From: Octopus vulgaris
Taxonomy: Eukaryota
Reading direction: 5' to 3'
Length of the DNA: 64,000 nucleotides
Assembly (NCBI GenBank): GCA_951406725.2
Contig: OX597819.1
Span: 68,634,001-68,698,000 of the forward strand
Notes under the pieces: model-generated
What the model was told of the DNA's origin: nothing
What the model saw: only the letters and a program-made list of their open reading frames with translations
Databases searched by the model: none
Shown here: in pieces, positions 1 to 13,340 of the stretch
Numbering within the stretch: position 1 is the first letter of the stretch
How the letters are laid out: the number at the start of each line of letters is the position of its first letter
Position numbers and translations under genes: made by a program

Positions 1-101
1 TGCAGCTGCTGCTGCTGCTGCTACTACTGCTAATAATAATACTATTACTATTACTACTGCTGCTGCTACTGCAACTGCTGCTGCCCCTGCTGCCACTGCT
101 G

Positions 102-166
<65 letters not shown>

Positions 167-240
167 ATTACTATTACTACTGCTGCAGCTACTGCCACTG
201 CTGCTACAACTACTACTACTACTACTATAATAAATAAACA
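1..240. repeat. Mixed trinucleotide microsatellite (CTG/CTA/TAA)
   Basis: Direct reading of the sequence. Confidence 0.95.
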
Positions 241-244
241 ACTA

Positions 245-537
245 AGACGAATGTAAAGTGGGAAATACGAAGGTTGTGGTCAATGAAGAGAGTGGGCATG
301 ATACCATTAGTAATTGGTGCAGTTGGAAGTATCAGTACTCAACTACTAACATGTCTGAAAAAGATTGGGGCAAGTGTCAAGGTAGAGCACTAACAAAAAT
401 CAGCATTGCTTGGAACTGCAAGAATTCTTCGCATAGTTCTTCAAGAATGACCAGTAAGCAAGTGTCACCTTAGTCTGCTGGCTGTGGACAGCTGATACTT
501 GCCATCATACCCAGCAAATTAAGTTATGCGTTTTCAT

Positions 538-540
<3 letters not shown>
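245..540 (+). mobile_element. 3' end of an R4/Dong-like RLE non-LTR retrotransposon (5'-truncated) in a (TAA)n array
   Basis: Translates to ...WEIRRLWSMKRVGMIPLVIGAVGSIS...*QKSALLGTARILRIVLQE*, the typical C-terminus of R4/Dong RLE elements. A short 3' UTR and (TAA)n follow. Confidence 0.8.
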
Positions 541-714
<174 letters not shown>

Positions 715-717
<3 letters not shown>

Positions 718-1236
718 ACCAATTACATAAAATACAGAATAGACAACATATCAGAAAGTGATAAGTGCAGAATTTGTGGACAAAATGGGGAAACCGTATT
801 GCATATTACCATTCAATGTACGCCACTAGCCCAGAAAGAATACAAGAGATGTCATGACAATATAGAAAGAATTGTCCATTGGACGCTTTGAAACAAGTAT
901 GGACTTGACAGTGCAAAAAGGTGGTACGAACATAAACAGAGGGCGACATAGAAAATGATAAATCAAAGACACTATGGGATTTTATGATTCAGTGCGACCA
1001 TCAGATAGAGAATAGGAAACCAGACATAGTGTTAATTGAGAAAGATATCAAATGATGATGGATCATAGATATAGCATACCTAGCTGACAACAAGGTATGC
1101 GATGAGGAAGAAAGAAAAGTCGATAGATTCCACAGGTTAGCTTTGGAGGTTAAGCAGTTATGGTCACTGGAAAAGGTGGTAGGAGAAACAATAATTGTCG
1201 AAGCCCAGGGAACAGTGAGTAAAAATCTCGAGAAGT
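715..1236 (+). mobile_element. R4/Dong-like LINE fragment: CCHC zinc knuckle plus restriction-like endonuclease (pseudogenised)
   Basis: RTNYIKYRIDNISESDKCRICGQNGETVLHITIQCTPLAQKEYKRCHDNIERIVHW...LWDFMIQCDHQIENRKPDIVLIEK...IIDIA. This gives C-x2-C-x8-H-x4-C, an RHD-like motif and the PD..D nuclease core, with stops and frameshifts. Confidence 0.88.
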
Positions 1237-1239
1237 AAT

Positions 1240-1560
1240 AATACCAATGTTCTCACAACGATTAACCAGAGGGGATTTTTAAAATGAGAATATCTGAAAT
1301 AAATTCGACTGGTCGAGTTTATTTCAGATACTAAAAGAGAATTCTAAAAATGAACCCGACCACTCTGAAAATTTAAGTTAAAACTAGGAAAAATAATCCA
1401 GGATCCTTGTCTGGTACCGAATCGATCAATTGATGCCAGACTTAAGGCCAAACATCCATGAATGTTTCATCCAAATCCATCCAGTGGTTCTTGGGATATC
1501 TTGTCCACAGACAAAAAAAAACACGACTGGAAAAACTACTCCCGCCTTCGCTAAGTCTGA

Positions 1561-1566
<6 letters not shown>
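1240..1566. mobile_element. Probable non-autonomous Helitron/Helentron-family (HINE-like) element
   Basis: Contains the 'tttcatccaaatccatccagtggttcttgggatatcttgtccacagacaaa' motif typical of these elements and a degenerate terminal hairpin (ctcccgccttcgctaagtctgagg) ending at TAA. Family assignment is by recollection. Confidence 0.45.
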
Positions 1567-1620
<54 letters not shown>

Positions 1621-1653
1621 GGAATACGCAAAAATATATATTAAAATAGATAA

Positions 1654-1715
<62 letters not shown>

Positions 1716-1719
<4 letters not shown>

Positions 1720-1890
1720 CGCTAGCCACTAAACCTATTTTATTTTCTCTCCCTGTTTATTTCTGTATTCCTTTCTGTCGAGGAGCGTAGGCTCGAAACG
1801 TAAAAGTCTTTCTCACTTCCCGAGCGTTAAACTAATACATCTGTTTCTTGTTTACACAACCATCTTCATCGTTTTATAAATTCTCACTAT
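1716..1890 (+). mobile_element. PLE-derived short repeat with a minimal hammerhead motif (family also at ~49500 and ~59780; relative at ~4365)
   Basis: 1771-1806 reads CUUU-CUGUCGA-G-GAGC-GUAG-GCUC-GAAAC-GUA/AAAG. Near-identical flanks recur at 49500-49625 and 59785-59966. Confidence 0.7.
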
Positions 1891-2289
1891 ATATATATTA
1901 CCATTGTAATGCATCAATTATTGATTCTAATGGTTATAATCTACATAGAATCAGGTTAGATTTGACTTAACTATAAGCTATGGTGTAGTAATTCTGCTAA
2001 GTTTTAATTTCAAGCGAAATTGGATTGCTAATTTAGCACCCTCCCACCATATGGGACGCTTAACCCACTTACCAATACGTAGACCTCTGCTATATTTATG
2101 ACTATATGGGTATTTGACTCTTATTTCTAGCAATATAGGTTCCACAATGGACATTCAGCCACAGTTAGTGATAATTCATTTTTTCGTTTTACGTCTGCCT
2201 ACATTTATAATTTCATATATATATATATATATATACATACATACGTATATATTTCCTTATATATAGTCTATATAAGTATATATATATAC

Positions 2290-2376
<87 letters not shown>

Positions 2377-2978
2377 TAAGAACGTCTTCGCAGACAATGT
2401 TGGAGGGTATAGATCCTATCAAATTAGGTGATATTTCGTAGAATTACCTTATGAAAAAATTAAACACTTTTGCCCACACATCATCACTAAAAACGATGCC
2501 AATTATATCCGATGGGTCTCGTCTCGGAAGAACTGCCGACGCAGGATCTGACCAACAACATATATCAGATGTCAAATGTTTATGTTTTAATCAGCTATCA
2601 AAACACCAGGTGTCTTGCAAAACCAGTTTCTAATAAGCTGTCTACTGCCTCCCGGTGTGCATGAATTTGAAATATCTTCTAGCCAATGATTCTTGTCTGT
2701 GTTTTTCCTAAGAAATACGTCAAAGAAGACCATTTTATCTAATCGGATTCCGTTGTTTACTTGTTGCGATGCGATGGAACATACGATCTTCCCACTAGCG
2801 CTCCTTTAATACGGCAAACATACACTTGCAAATACAAACACATACACACACACACACACAATGAATTCCAATACGAAATCAATCATGAACATATATTTAC
2901 TCACGTATATGCATCTACACCTATCTATCTATCTATCCATCCATCTATATATATATATATATATATATATATCCGCCG

Positions 2979-3018
<40 letters not shown>

Positions 3019-3020
3019 TA

Positions 3021-3194
<174 letters not shown>

Positions 3195-3858
3195 GCATAT
3201 GTGTTTTTCCGTATAAATATGTATACATATATTTACATGTCAGAGTCTATACCTATCTAGCCATCAATCTACATCTATATATATATATATATATATATAT
3301 AGCTGTATGTATATGTATCTTTTAATTTGTATATATATGTATGTGTGTGTGTGTGTGTGTGCATTCACATATATATCTATGTGTGTGCGGGTGTGTATGT
3401 GTGTATGTCTATTCAGGTATGTGTTTAATGACAATAGCACAAACAACCGATCGTATTGACTGAATTGTCTCACGGTTGAAATCTTACAAAAGCCAGACAT
3501 ATTTAAGGTGTCTGAGATGCACAGACACATTAGGTACACAAAACAACACACACATCACGCACGCTCACACACTTATATGTACACACAAAACACACACATA
3601 TATGGTTGCAGACCAGAGAAGTTTATAAAACAAGGTAACTGAAAGTCTATTAAAATAATAGAAAAGTATGTTACAGCCAAGTAATCAAAAAAATCAAATG
3701 AGAATGGAAACGAGGTAGACATACTACTAGCATTGACAGACTTTAATTTAGACAAACAAATGAGATATGTAAACAGTACAATAAATAAATTAGCATAATG
3801 AAAAAATTAGTGCACCATACCGTACAGGTGCGAAAAGAAAATATATGCAAACCGGTGC

Positions 3859-3893
<35 letters not shown>

Positions 3894-3944
3894 TGTATGT
3901 ATGTATGTATGTATGTATGTATGTATGTATATACATATATATAT

Positions 3945-4270
3945 TCTTTTATACTTTTATTTTGTCAGTTGTCTGACTGCAGCCATGCTGGAGCAACGTC
4001 TTTAGTTGAGCAAATCGACCCCAGGACTTATCTTTGTAAGCTTACTGCTTAATATATCGGGTACATTTACCTAACCGCTAGGTTACGGCGACGTGAACAC
4101 ACCGACATCGGAAGTCAAGTGATGATGGGGAGACAAGCACAGACACACAAACATACACAAACTTATGTATATATATGAAATCCACTCAAAAGGCTTTCGT
4201 CGACACGAGGCTATAGTAGAAGATGCTAGCCCACTGTGACACGCAGTAGGATTGAGCACGGAGACCCACT
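3945..4270 (-). mobile_element. Degenerate copy of abundant tRNA-derived SINE family A
   Basis: Shares 'cagccatgctggagca', 'aaatcgaccccaggact' and 'aaatccactca..aggcttt' with the copy at 4560-4976. Confidence 0.75.
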
Positions 4271-4315
4271 CCTGTGTGTGTGAGTGTATGTATGTTTGTG
4301 CGTCTTTATACATAC

Positions 4316-4364
<49 letters not shown>

Positions 4365-4370
<6 letters not shown>

Positions 4371-4553
4371 ATCCAAACATGAATAAAGAGAAAACACAAC
4401 AACACGAGGAAGTGGAACAAGTATAGTGTTATTGGACGCTCAGGATATTTTAACGTTTCGAGCGGAGTTCTTCGTCAGCAATGTAGAAAAAAGGAAAAGT
4501 CCAAGGAAGGGAAAACGGAGAAAGGAAATCGCCACCGATACGCACGCGGTCAT
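4365..4553 (-). mobile_element. PLE-derived repeat with a hammerhead motif
   Basis: Minus strand 4447-4482 reads CUGACGA-A-GAAC-UCC-GCUC-GAAAC-GUU. Flanked by (AT)n. Confidence 0.6.
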
Positions 4554-4559
4554 ATATAT

Positions 4560-4976
4560 ATCTCTTTTACCTCTTTTACCTCTTTTACTTGTTTCAGTCA
4601 TTTGACTGCGGCCATGCTGGAGCACCGCCTTTAGTCGAGCAAATCGACTCTGGAACTTATTCTTTGTAAGCCCAGTACTTATTCTATCAGTCTCTTTTGC
4701 TGAACCGCTAAGTGACGGGGACGTAAACCAGCATCGGTTGTCAAGCAATGCTAGGGGGACAAACACAGACACACAAGCACACACACACATACACATATAT
4801 ATATTCATATATACGACAGGCTTCTTTTAGTTTCTGTCTACCAAATCCACTCACAAGGCATTGGTCGGCCCGAGGCTATATCAGAAGACACTCGCCCAAG
4901 ATGCCACGCAGTGGGATTGAACCCGGAACCATGTGGTTGGTAAGCAAGTTACTTACCACACAGCCACTCCTGCGCC
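4560..4976 (-). mobile_element. Near full-length tRNA-derived SINE family A
   Basis: Head GGCGCAGGAGTGGCTGTGTGGTAAG (A box) ...GGTTCAATCCC (B box), internal (TA)/(TG) tract, tail ending in (TAAAAGAGG)n. More than 15 related copies occur in the window. Confidence 0.9.
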
Positions 4977-5009
<33 letters not shown>

Positions 5010-5014
<5 letters not shown>

Positions 5015-5226
5015 GGCGTGTGCTTGTGTTTCTGTGTTTGTCCCCCAACATCGCTTGACAACCGATGCTGGTGTGTTTACGTCTCCGTAACTTAGCGCTT
5101 CGGCAAAAAGAGTGTGATAAAATAAGTACTAAGCTTACAAATAAAACTCCTAGGTCGATGTGCTCGACCAATGGTGGTGCTCCAGCATGGCCGCATTTAA
5201 GTGACTGAAACAAATAAAAAAATAAA
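5010..5226 (+). mobile_element. 3' half of SINE family A
   Basis: Inverted homology to 4585-4790. Confidence 0.85.
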
Positions 5227-5233
5227 TACGTTG

Positions 5234-5307
5234 TCTCTGATGACGGCATACCCAGTGCGTGGAAATGCTAACATAACACTTGGGTCATCTCAGAAACTGC
5301 TGTAAGA
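5234..5307 (+). ncRNA. Candidate type I hammerhead ribozyme
   Basis: UCU-CUGAUGA-[stem II AUACCCAGUG...CACUUGGGUCAU]-GAAA-CUGCU-GUA/AGA. Confidence 0.55.
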
Positions 5308-5580
5308 ATTCAAATGCACCTTACCCTAATTAAATTATCCTAAACGACTTGTGTTACACGTTCTTCCTTGGTTTTGCTTTTTCATCCAATATAATGCATA
5401 TCTGCTATAACGAAACACTAATACGGAACCCTCAACTGTGAACTTCGAACCTAACGGATAACCACATATACCACTTACTCAGCGTACCTATTTCTTTAGG
5501 TCACATGTGAACTAAACACCTCATATTTTCTCCGTCTGTATGTCTGTCTGTCTGTCTCTCTCTCTCTCTACATACACACA

Positions 5581-5677
<97 letters not shown>

Positions 5678-5679
5678 TA

Positions 5680-6332
5680 TTAAAGATCAGTGTCTACAGG
5701 GCCGTGGTTCTCACCACTCTTCTCTACGGCTCAGAGACCTGGATCACTTACCGTAGTCACATCCGTCTCCTCGAGCGCTTCCACCAGCCATGTCTCCGCA
5801 CCATCCTCAACATTCACTGGAGTGACTTCGTCACAAACATTGAACACTTGGAGCGGGCCGAGATCCCCAGCATTGAAGCCATGCTACTGAAGTACCACCT
5901 CCGATGGGCAGGGCATGTCTCCAGAATGGAGAACCATCGTCTTCCAAAGATTGCCCTGTTTGGCGAACGCTCCACCGGCCACCGAGTGAGAGGAGCTCCG
6001 AGGAAGCGTTACAAAGACTGTCTCAAGAAGTCTCTAACAGCATGTCAAATTAACCACCAATGCTGTTAAGACCTGGCTGCGGACCGTGATGTCTGGCGCC
6101 ACACAATCTTCAACGCAGTCAGCAAGTTTGAGGAACAAAGAAGAGACGCACTTAAAGACAAGAGACACAGGAAGAAGGCGTGAGCCGCCTCGGACACCAC
6201 ACCGGATGTTACCTTCGTTTGTGGGCACTGTTCACGGACCTGCCTTTCCTATATCGGACTTGTCAGTCATGAGCGCGCCTGCATGCGACGTGGACAGCCT
6301 TCCTGATCTTCGTTCGCGAAGCCGATTCATGA
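5680..6332 (+). mobile_element. RTE-clade LINE 3' fragment (RT C-terminal region plus C2H2-like finger)
   Basis: [20 protein letters not shown]...LERFHQPCLRTILNIHW...LRWAGHVSRMENHRLPKIALFGE...RYKDCLK, then CGHCSRTCLSYIGLVSHERAC. Confidence 0.93.
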
Positions 6333-6339
6333 TATATGT

Positions 6340-6520
6340 ATTAATATTAATGGTAAGAGAACAAAAGAATGAATGAGACTTCGATATTGTGTAAATACAG
6401 GAATGTATCGGTTATATAATATGTGACAATTATTCGGTAGCCATATTAAGACTCCGAGTTACGAATGTCGGAGCGGAAAGCTTCTCCGGCATCTCGTCAG
6501 TTATAGAGGCAATCGAAAAA
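6340..6520 (-). mobile_element. PLE-derived repeat with a hammerhead motif
   Basis: Minus 6446-6504 reads UAA-CUGACGA-GAUGCCGGAG...CUCCGACAUUC-GUAA(for GAAA)-CUCGGA-GUC/UUA. Confidence 0.6.
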
Positions 6521-6570
6521 TGTATGTATATATATATATATATATATATATGTTTATTTATGTATATATA

Positions 6571-6623
<53 letters not shown>

Positions 6624-6624
6624 G

Positions 6625-6719
<95 letters not shown>

Positions 6720-6766
6720 ATATATACATATATATATATATAAATACATACATATATATATATTTA

Positions 6767-6815
<49 letters not shown>

Positions 6816-7035
6816 ATACATACTTACAATGTTCAAATACTTCGTTCTCATTATTATCAATATTATACATACATATATATATATGTTATATATGTTATGG
6901 ATATGTATGTATATACATGTTGTATATGTTATGGATATGTATGTATCTATATATATATATACACACACACATAGAGAGAGAGAGATTTATAGATAGATAT
7001 ATCGATTGATAGATAGACAGACAGACAGATAGATT

Positions 7036-7070
<35 letters not shown>

Positions 7071-7230
7071 TGATAGATACATGGATAGATAGATAGGTAG
7101 ATAGATAGATAAATAGATAGAAAGATTGATAGATAGATAGATAGATAGATTGATTGATTGATTATGCTGTGTGTAGAACCAGAATGCTGCTGTAGATCTC
7201 TGTGATCAAACTCAGTTATACACACACACC

Positions 7231-7261
<31 letters not shown>

Positions 7262-7280
7262 ACACACACCCTCATACACG
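6520..7280. repeat. Compound (AT)n/(GT)n/(GATA)n/(AC)n microsatellite
   Basis: Direct reading. Confidence 0.95.
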
Positions 7281-7435
7281 CAATAACTTGTTTACTTTGG
7301 AAGAGAGAGCTAGAGTGACATGTGTTGTTATATTATTATGGTATTGCAATTATTTCCTAAACTCTTTAAGTGCAGTTGAACCATTCTTGATTATTTTAAA
7401 TCAGCAGATTATTACCCCTAAGAACAACGCATTAA

Positions 7436-7985
7436 TACTTTCTATTATAGGCACAAGGCCTGATATTTGTGGGGAGTTGGCCAGTCGATTAGATCGACCC
7501 CAGTACGCAAATTGTACTTAACTTATCGACCCCGAATGAATGAACTCGAAGGAATTGGAACTCAGAATGTAATGACAGACGAAATACCTATTTCTTTCCT
7601 GCCCCCAAGGGGCTACACGCAGACAGGACAAACAAGGACAGGCAAACGGATTAAGTCGATTATATTGACCCCAGTGCGTAACTGGTACTGATTTAATCGA
7701 CCCCGAAAGGATGAATGGCGGAATTTGAACTCAGAACGTAGCGGCAGATGAAATACCTATTTCTTTACTACCCACAAGGAGCTAAACACAGGGGACAAAC
7801 AAGACCAGACAAACGGATTAAGTCGATTACATCGACCCTAGTGCGTAACAGGTACTTCATTTATCGATCCCGAAAGGACGGAAGGCAAAGTCGACCTCGG
7901 CGGAATTTGAACTCAGAACGTAACGGAAGACGAAATAGGTCTACGCATTTCGCCCAGCGTGCAAACGATTCTGCCAGCTCGCTGC
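7436..7985 (-). mobile_element. Three stacked partial copies of SINE family B (MetaSINE-like core)
   Basis: Head GCGAGCTGGCAGAATCG..GAGTTCAAATTCCGCCGAGGTCGAC and core CTTTGCCTTTCATCCTTTCGGGGTCGATAAAT..GTACC, repeated at ~7500, ~7700 and ~7870. Confidence 0.85.
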
Positions 7986-8039
7986 ATGTATTATAATGTT
8001 AACACAAGTATATCTCTATTCCGCTGACTGTATGTTCTT

Positions 8040-8221
8040 TTTTTACTTCACTCGGTCATTAGATTCGGCCCCTATGTGAATTACCTCATTAATTTCTTTA
8101 ACATCGGTATTTATTCTATTAGGCTCTTTGCTGACCGTCAATTTCCGAGTTTTTATATACACCAACACTGGCTGCCAGTTGGTGGTGAGGTACGCGTACA
8201 GATTCAGTGTCACAAAAGTAG

Positions 8222-8294
<73 letters not shown>

Positions 8295-8488
8295 AGCATA
8301 CACACACATACATTCACACAGATACATATCCATATATATTTATGACAGGATTCTTTCAGTTTCCGTCTGCCAAATTCATTCATAAGACGTGGTAGGCCCG
8401 AATTCATAGTAGAGGACACTTGTTCAAGATTCTACACTGTGGGACTGAACCCAGAACCATGTGGCTGGGAAGCACACAGCCACACCTG
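8040..8488 (-). mobile_element. SINE family A, degenerate
   Basis: 'ttctttcagtttccgtctgccaaattcattc...gtgggactgaacccagaaccatgtgg'. Confidence 0.8.
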
Positions 8489-8559
8489 ATTCTCGGTTTC
8501 TTTTCATACATATGTAGCTTGTTCAGAATAATATAAAACCTACAATTACAGTTATACTA

Positions 8560-9560
8560 TATGGGGTGTTCGTCTGTAATGTAAACGAGTAATTCATCCT
8601 GCTCTATAACGCCGAGCAAACTGTCATATCGAACGTAGTGCGCTATGGACACAGCTGTATTTGAAAACAAATTTATTAATTTATTTACCGTCTCTTTTTC
8701 CACTATTGCAGCCTTTATTTGGTTATCGTATATCCTCGGGTTCAATTACACTCTCGTTAGATTTTTCATTATTGCTAATTTTTTCTCAATTTCTTTATCT
8801 TTTTTGTACAACATTACAACTCTTCCTTTAGGTCTTCCCCCTACCTTGCATATTTTCAGACATTCTTCCACTTTTGTTGACCCTTTTTCCGTTTCCTCCC
8901 ACGTTGAACCTTAACTCACTTTAGTTGCTGTATCTCTCCCTTCGTGTGTTCGAACCTCTGTCTCGTCGGCATACTTCTTTTTAGTTTTTTTCTTTTTTTT
9001 GGTCTTTGGGTGGTGATTCCACCCGTGTTCGCTTTCTATCCTCTTATACTTCTGTTCCTTCCTCTTCTTTCTCCTTCACTAACTCGTCGTCACTTTCCAT
9101 ATTATCTGTTGTCATGATTTCTTCAATCTCTTTTCCTAACTCCTCTGTCAAAGCTCTTATTCCTTCATCCAATGTTATGTTCTTCTCTTGTATTTCTCTT
9201 TGAGGACACACATCCTTCATGTGCCCTCTTCTCTTACATTTATAACACACTGGAGGTCTCCCCTGCACTACGACTCTCAGTCGTGTCTCATCGGGGAACA
9301 CCAACTCCTCCGGGATGTTGTACAAATCTGGCATGTACTCCAAATCTGGATTAGGGTTTCCACCGCATAACCCCACCAGTCTATTTCATTCGATTTTTCC
9401 ACCTTGAGTATGTCCACGTTCTCCTTGCAGTTGTAAATTATTGCAGCTACTATTCTTTAGGTATCAAGTTCCGGTGGGATATTGCTTATTCGTATCCTCG
9501 CCGCTCTTGAACGACACTATGAGTTTTCGAAGACAGTTGGCCCCATAAGTTCCCAAATAA
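8560..9560 (-). mobile_element. LINE ORF1 fragment (L1/Tx1-like) with a CCHC zinc knuckle
   Basis: ORF 9044..9376: IPEELVFPDETRLRVVVQGRPPVCYKCKRRGHMKDVCP (C-x2-C-x4-H-x4-C), followed by an acidic/basic low-complexity tail. Confidence 0.65.
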
Positions 9561-9629
9561 AATTTAGGATATATGAAGGGTCAAAGTTGAGAACAAAAGC
9601 AGATGTATATGTATGTATGTATATGTACG

Positions 9630-9696
<67 letters not shown>

Positions 9697-9699
<3 letters not shown>

Positions 9700-10722
9700 T
9701 ATTTCGGAATGGTCATTTTGCCAGTTTAGCCAATAAAATCACACGCACTATATATTTGGTGTTACTTTGCTTCAGTGTTATTTATTTTTTACATTAATCT
9801 TAATCTTATTTCGGCCAGAGTTCTTTCGTCACACTCCTGTGACCGCATCAGTGGTCCTTTGTTTTCTTCTTTCTTATTTGTGCCTCTCCTTACTAACCGT
9901 CAGCCATTTTGTCTTTCTATTGTATGTCTTCATTTGCGCATGTTATATCACTATGTGCGTCTATGTTTATTTAGTGTGTGTGTGGGGGGGATGCCTGTAA
10001 TATTTCTATTTTCTGTTTATATACGTTCATGTAATTTGTTTTTGTTGTTGTTTTTGTTTATTCTTATTTTGTTCATGTGTTTACATCCCTTTATTATTAT
10101 CATTACATATGCTTGTATATATGTAAGTATAACAACAATACTAGTAATAATAATAATAAATAAATAAAAAATATATATATAGTTATTTATTTCTTTTTGT
10201 TTATTTATCTATGTATTTATTATGTGTTCGGGATCCTCTACCGTCATATGTTGTGGTGTGTGCTTGTGTTTCATTCTAGTTTTCTATTCAGGCTAGGTGT
10301 ATTTTGTATTATGTGTGTAGCTTCTGTAATTTGTCTGATTGTTGCATCTGTTCTATGTGTGGACAATATTTTAATTTCTATGTTGTTGATTGATCCCCCG
10401 TGTTCCTGTTCGGCGTGTTGGTACAGAATCGATGAGCTTTTACCTTCCTTGAGCTGTCTCCAATGTCCATTTACCCGCTCTCCTATGCTTCTTGTCGTTT
10501 CCCCTACGTATGTCGTTGTCTTGTTACTGCATCGTCCCTCTATACATCTTATACTATAGACTACATTTCTGGCTTTACAGTTTGTTTCTGGGCTAAATCT
10601 ACATACAGTACAGAACTTATCCGTACAGGGGGTTCTACTAAAAGGATAGGTTCTACCAATTATAGATTTTATAGGGTTGCTTGGGTTTTCAACAACCTTA
10701 ATCCTTAGCTTAATCCTTCTAA
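9697..10722 (-). mobile_element. Penelope-like element 3' part: Cys-rich linker, GIY-YIG endonuclease and 3' pLTR with hammerhead
   Basis: CTDKFCTVCR...CKARNVVYSIRCIEGRCSNKTTTYVGETTRSIGERVNGH...HAEQEH...RQITEATHI...PSLN. Downstream on the same strand, HHR at 9813-9857: CCA-CUGAUGC-G-GUCACA-GGAG-UGUGAC-GAAA-GAA-CUC/UGG. Confidence 0.88.
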
Positions 10723-10835
10723 AGCGGCAGGCTTCTTTTAGTTTCCGTTTACCAAATCCATTCACAAAACTTTGATCGGCCGCGGCTCTAGAAAACAATT
10801 GCCCAGGGTGCCACGTGGTGGAACTGAACACGGTT
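10722..10835 (-). mobile_element. SINE family A fragment abutting the truncated PLE
   Basis: 'ggcttcttttagtttccgtttaccaaatccattcacaaaactttgatcggcc'. It supplies the false N-terminus of ORF 10271..10831. Confidence 0.8.
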
Positions 10836-10867
10836 GGTGTGTGGAGGGGTTGTTATATATATATATG

Positions 10868-10928
<61 letters not shown>

Positions 10929-11614
10929 CTATGTATATCTCTACACAGTAGTATGCTCGTGTCACTTATATATATATATCTCACATATATCATTAGCACA
11001 CTGCGTAGGAGGTTTTGTTCATTTTTAAAATCTATATACTACATAATTTCATTGTTTCTCGTATATATTTGATGTTGAAATTTAATCTAATACTATACGT
11101 AACATCAATTTCTTTGTTCTCGTTGTAGCTTGCTTGTCATATCTAAATTAATTTATTGATATATAGATAATGCATCTTCCAATACTCTGATTGTAATAGA
11201 ATAAAGTCATCTTAATTGTCATTTTGCATATCGTTTTTCGGTTGATATTATTTATTTTTCCAACAAATTTCACAGCTTTCTAATAGGGATAAATAATCAG
11301 TAATAAGATAGAACTCAGTGAACAGCAAAGTAAATGCCTTTGTACTTAAGCTAAAAATAAATATCCGTTTTTTTAAATTAAGTTTGCTTGCAAAATAAAA
11401 AGAAGAAAGAAAAAATTTCACAACAGTGGATGAAGGATGTGATGGATGATATCACCTCCCTGATACGACATTTGTTCTCGACACTCATAACGTGAAAATC
11501 GAAATGAAATCAGTGGTATTAGAGCTCAGAGCATGAGACTTTATAAAAGGGACAGAGATCTAGTGGAAGACAGAAAGTCTTATTTATTGTATTTTGTATA
11601 TTCCAAGTTATCTG

Positions 11615-11932
11615 GATCTCTTTTATCTTTTATTTGTTTCGGTTGTTAGACTACGGCCCTGGTGGAGCATCTCCTTGGAATGTTGAAGTCGAAAGAGTGC
11701 ATTTTTTGCAATGCGCGGTACTTATTTTAAAGGGTTGTAAACACTACAACACCGTTTTCAAGGGATTGATGTAGAGAAAACAAACACACACATGCACAAA
11801 CTCTCACACATGTATAAGACCAATGAGTCTTTGGTCGGCCTCTGCCTATAGTAGAAGAGATCTGTCTAAATTGTCACGCAATAGGACTGAACCCGGAAAC
11901 ATGTGGTTAGGAAGCAAACTTCTTACCATACA
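11615..11932 (-). mobile_element. SINE family A, degenerate
   Basis: 'ttggtcggcc..ctatagtagaaga...ggactgaacccggaaacatgtggttaggaagcaaacttcttacc'. Confidence 0.75.
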
Positions 11933-12259
11933 ATAGATTTTTGGGTTCTTTTTTCAAACAAAACCACATGCTCTTATAATTGTAGCGGTTTAGAAACTGG
12001 TAAAAATAAATCCAAACTTGCTATCATCAAATCGATAGCGAATGCAAGCGGCCAAAATAGGTTCCTCTAAACGGTAACTGGGGTAACATCCCTGAACTGA
12101 GTTTGTAGCTTAGAGATGGGCAGGTCTCTCAGAACCAAGCCGCTCCTTTATGAGTTTCAGAGGTCATAACTCCAATAGAACAGACATGGGATTAGAATGC
12201 CACAAGAAAGAACAGCGAGACAGAGTCTTCAGACTGAGTTAACTTTCTTTGCTTTTGTG

Positions 12260-12420
12260 AGCTCAAATTCCGCTGAAGTCGACTTTGCTTTCTTCCCTTC
12301 GGGGTCGGTAAAGTAACTGAGTAGCAGTCAAGTATTGGGGTCGATGTACTTGACTTCTCCCTCTTCCAAACATTGCTGGACCTGTGCCAGAATTTGAAAC
12401 CGCTCTTAGAAATAACATTG
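12260..12420 (+). mobile_element. SINE family B fragment
   Basis: 'caaattccgctgaagtcgactttgctttcttcccttcggggtcggtaaa'. Confidence 0.75.
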
Positions 12421-12797
12421 ACAACGAAGTTGATAATTCGATGTGAAACAATCAAATATTTCGAATATTGACATAGGGATTCTGCTCAGCCATTAGCAAT
12501 GAAGCTTAACGTTAAAACAGCTTTATATAGCACTAAGCCTAAATCCTGGTTGCGGTAGTGGTGGTAGTGGGGGAATTCAGTATTTTTTTTACCGTTTGAA
12601 ATCAAACAACGAAATGTCATTAACTGCTATATCGACACGGACATTGGTTCAACCACGTCATCTAATTCCAGAATGAAACCAAATCCATAAACGCATATCA
12701 ATAGAATAAACATTGATAAGAGGACCGTTTTTTGTAATTGTACATACATACATACACACATACATACATACATACATACATACATACATACATACAT

Positions 12798-12828
<31 letters not shown>

Positions 12829-13186
12829 TACATACATACATACTTACATACATACGAAAAAATGAACATGAATACGCACACACACATACACACGCTTACA
12901 CAAATATTTCGCTTTTGTATTTCGCTTGCAAGATTCATTCTGTGAATCCGTGCGTTGAAGCATATTTTATTGTGTCCGGGGAGTTATTCTCTCTTAGTGC
13001 CTTATTATTTAACACATTCATCGGTTCGATTACCTCTCATTTACTTATTTCAGAGTCAACGACTATTGGAATGGTTGCAAGGCGCAACGAAAATTTTAGA
13101 AAAAAGAAATAACTAAATGAGTGGAAATCGAACCAGTGAGTGTGTTAAATAAGGCACTATATATATATTTGAAAGTTGAAACACAC

Positions 13187-13340
<154 letters not shown>

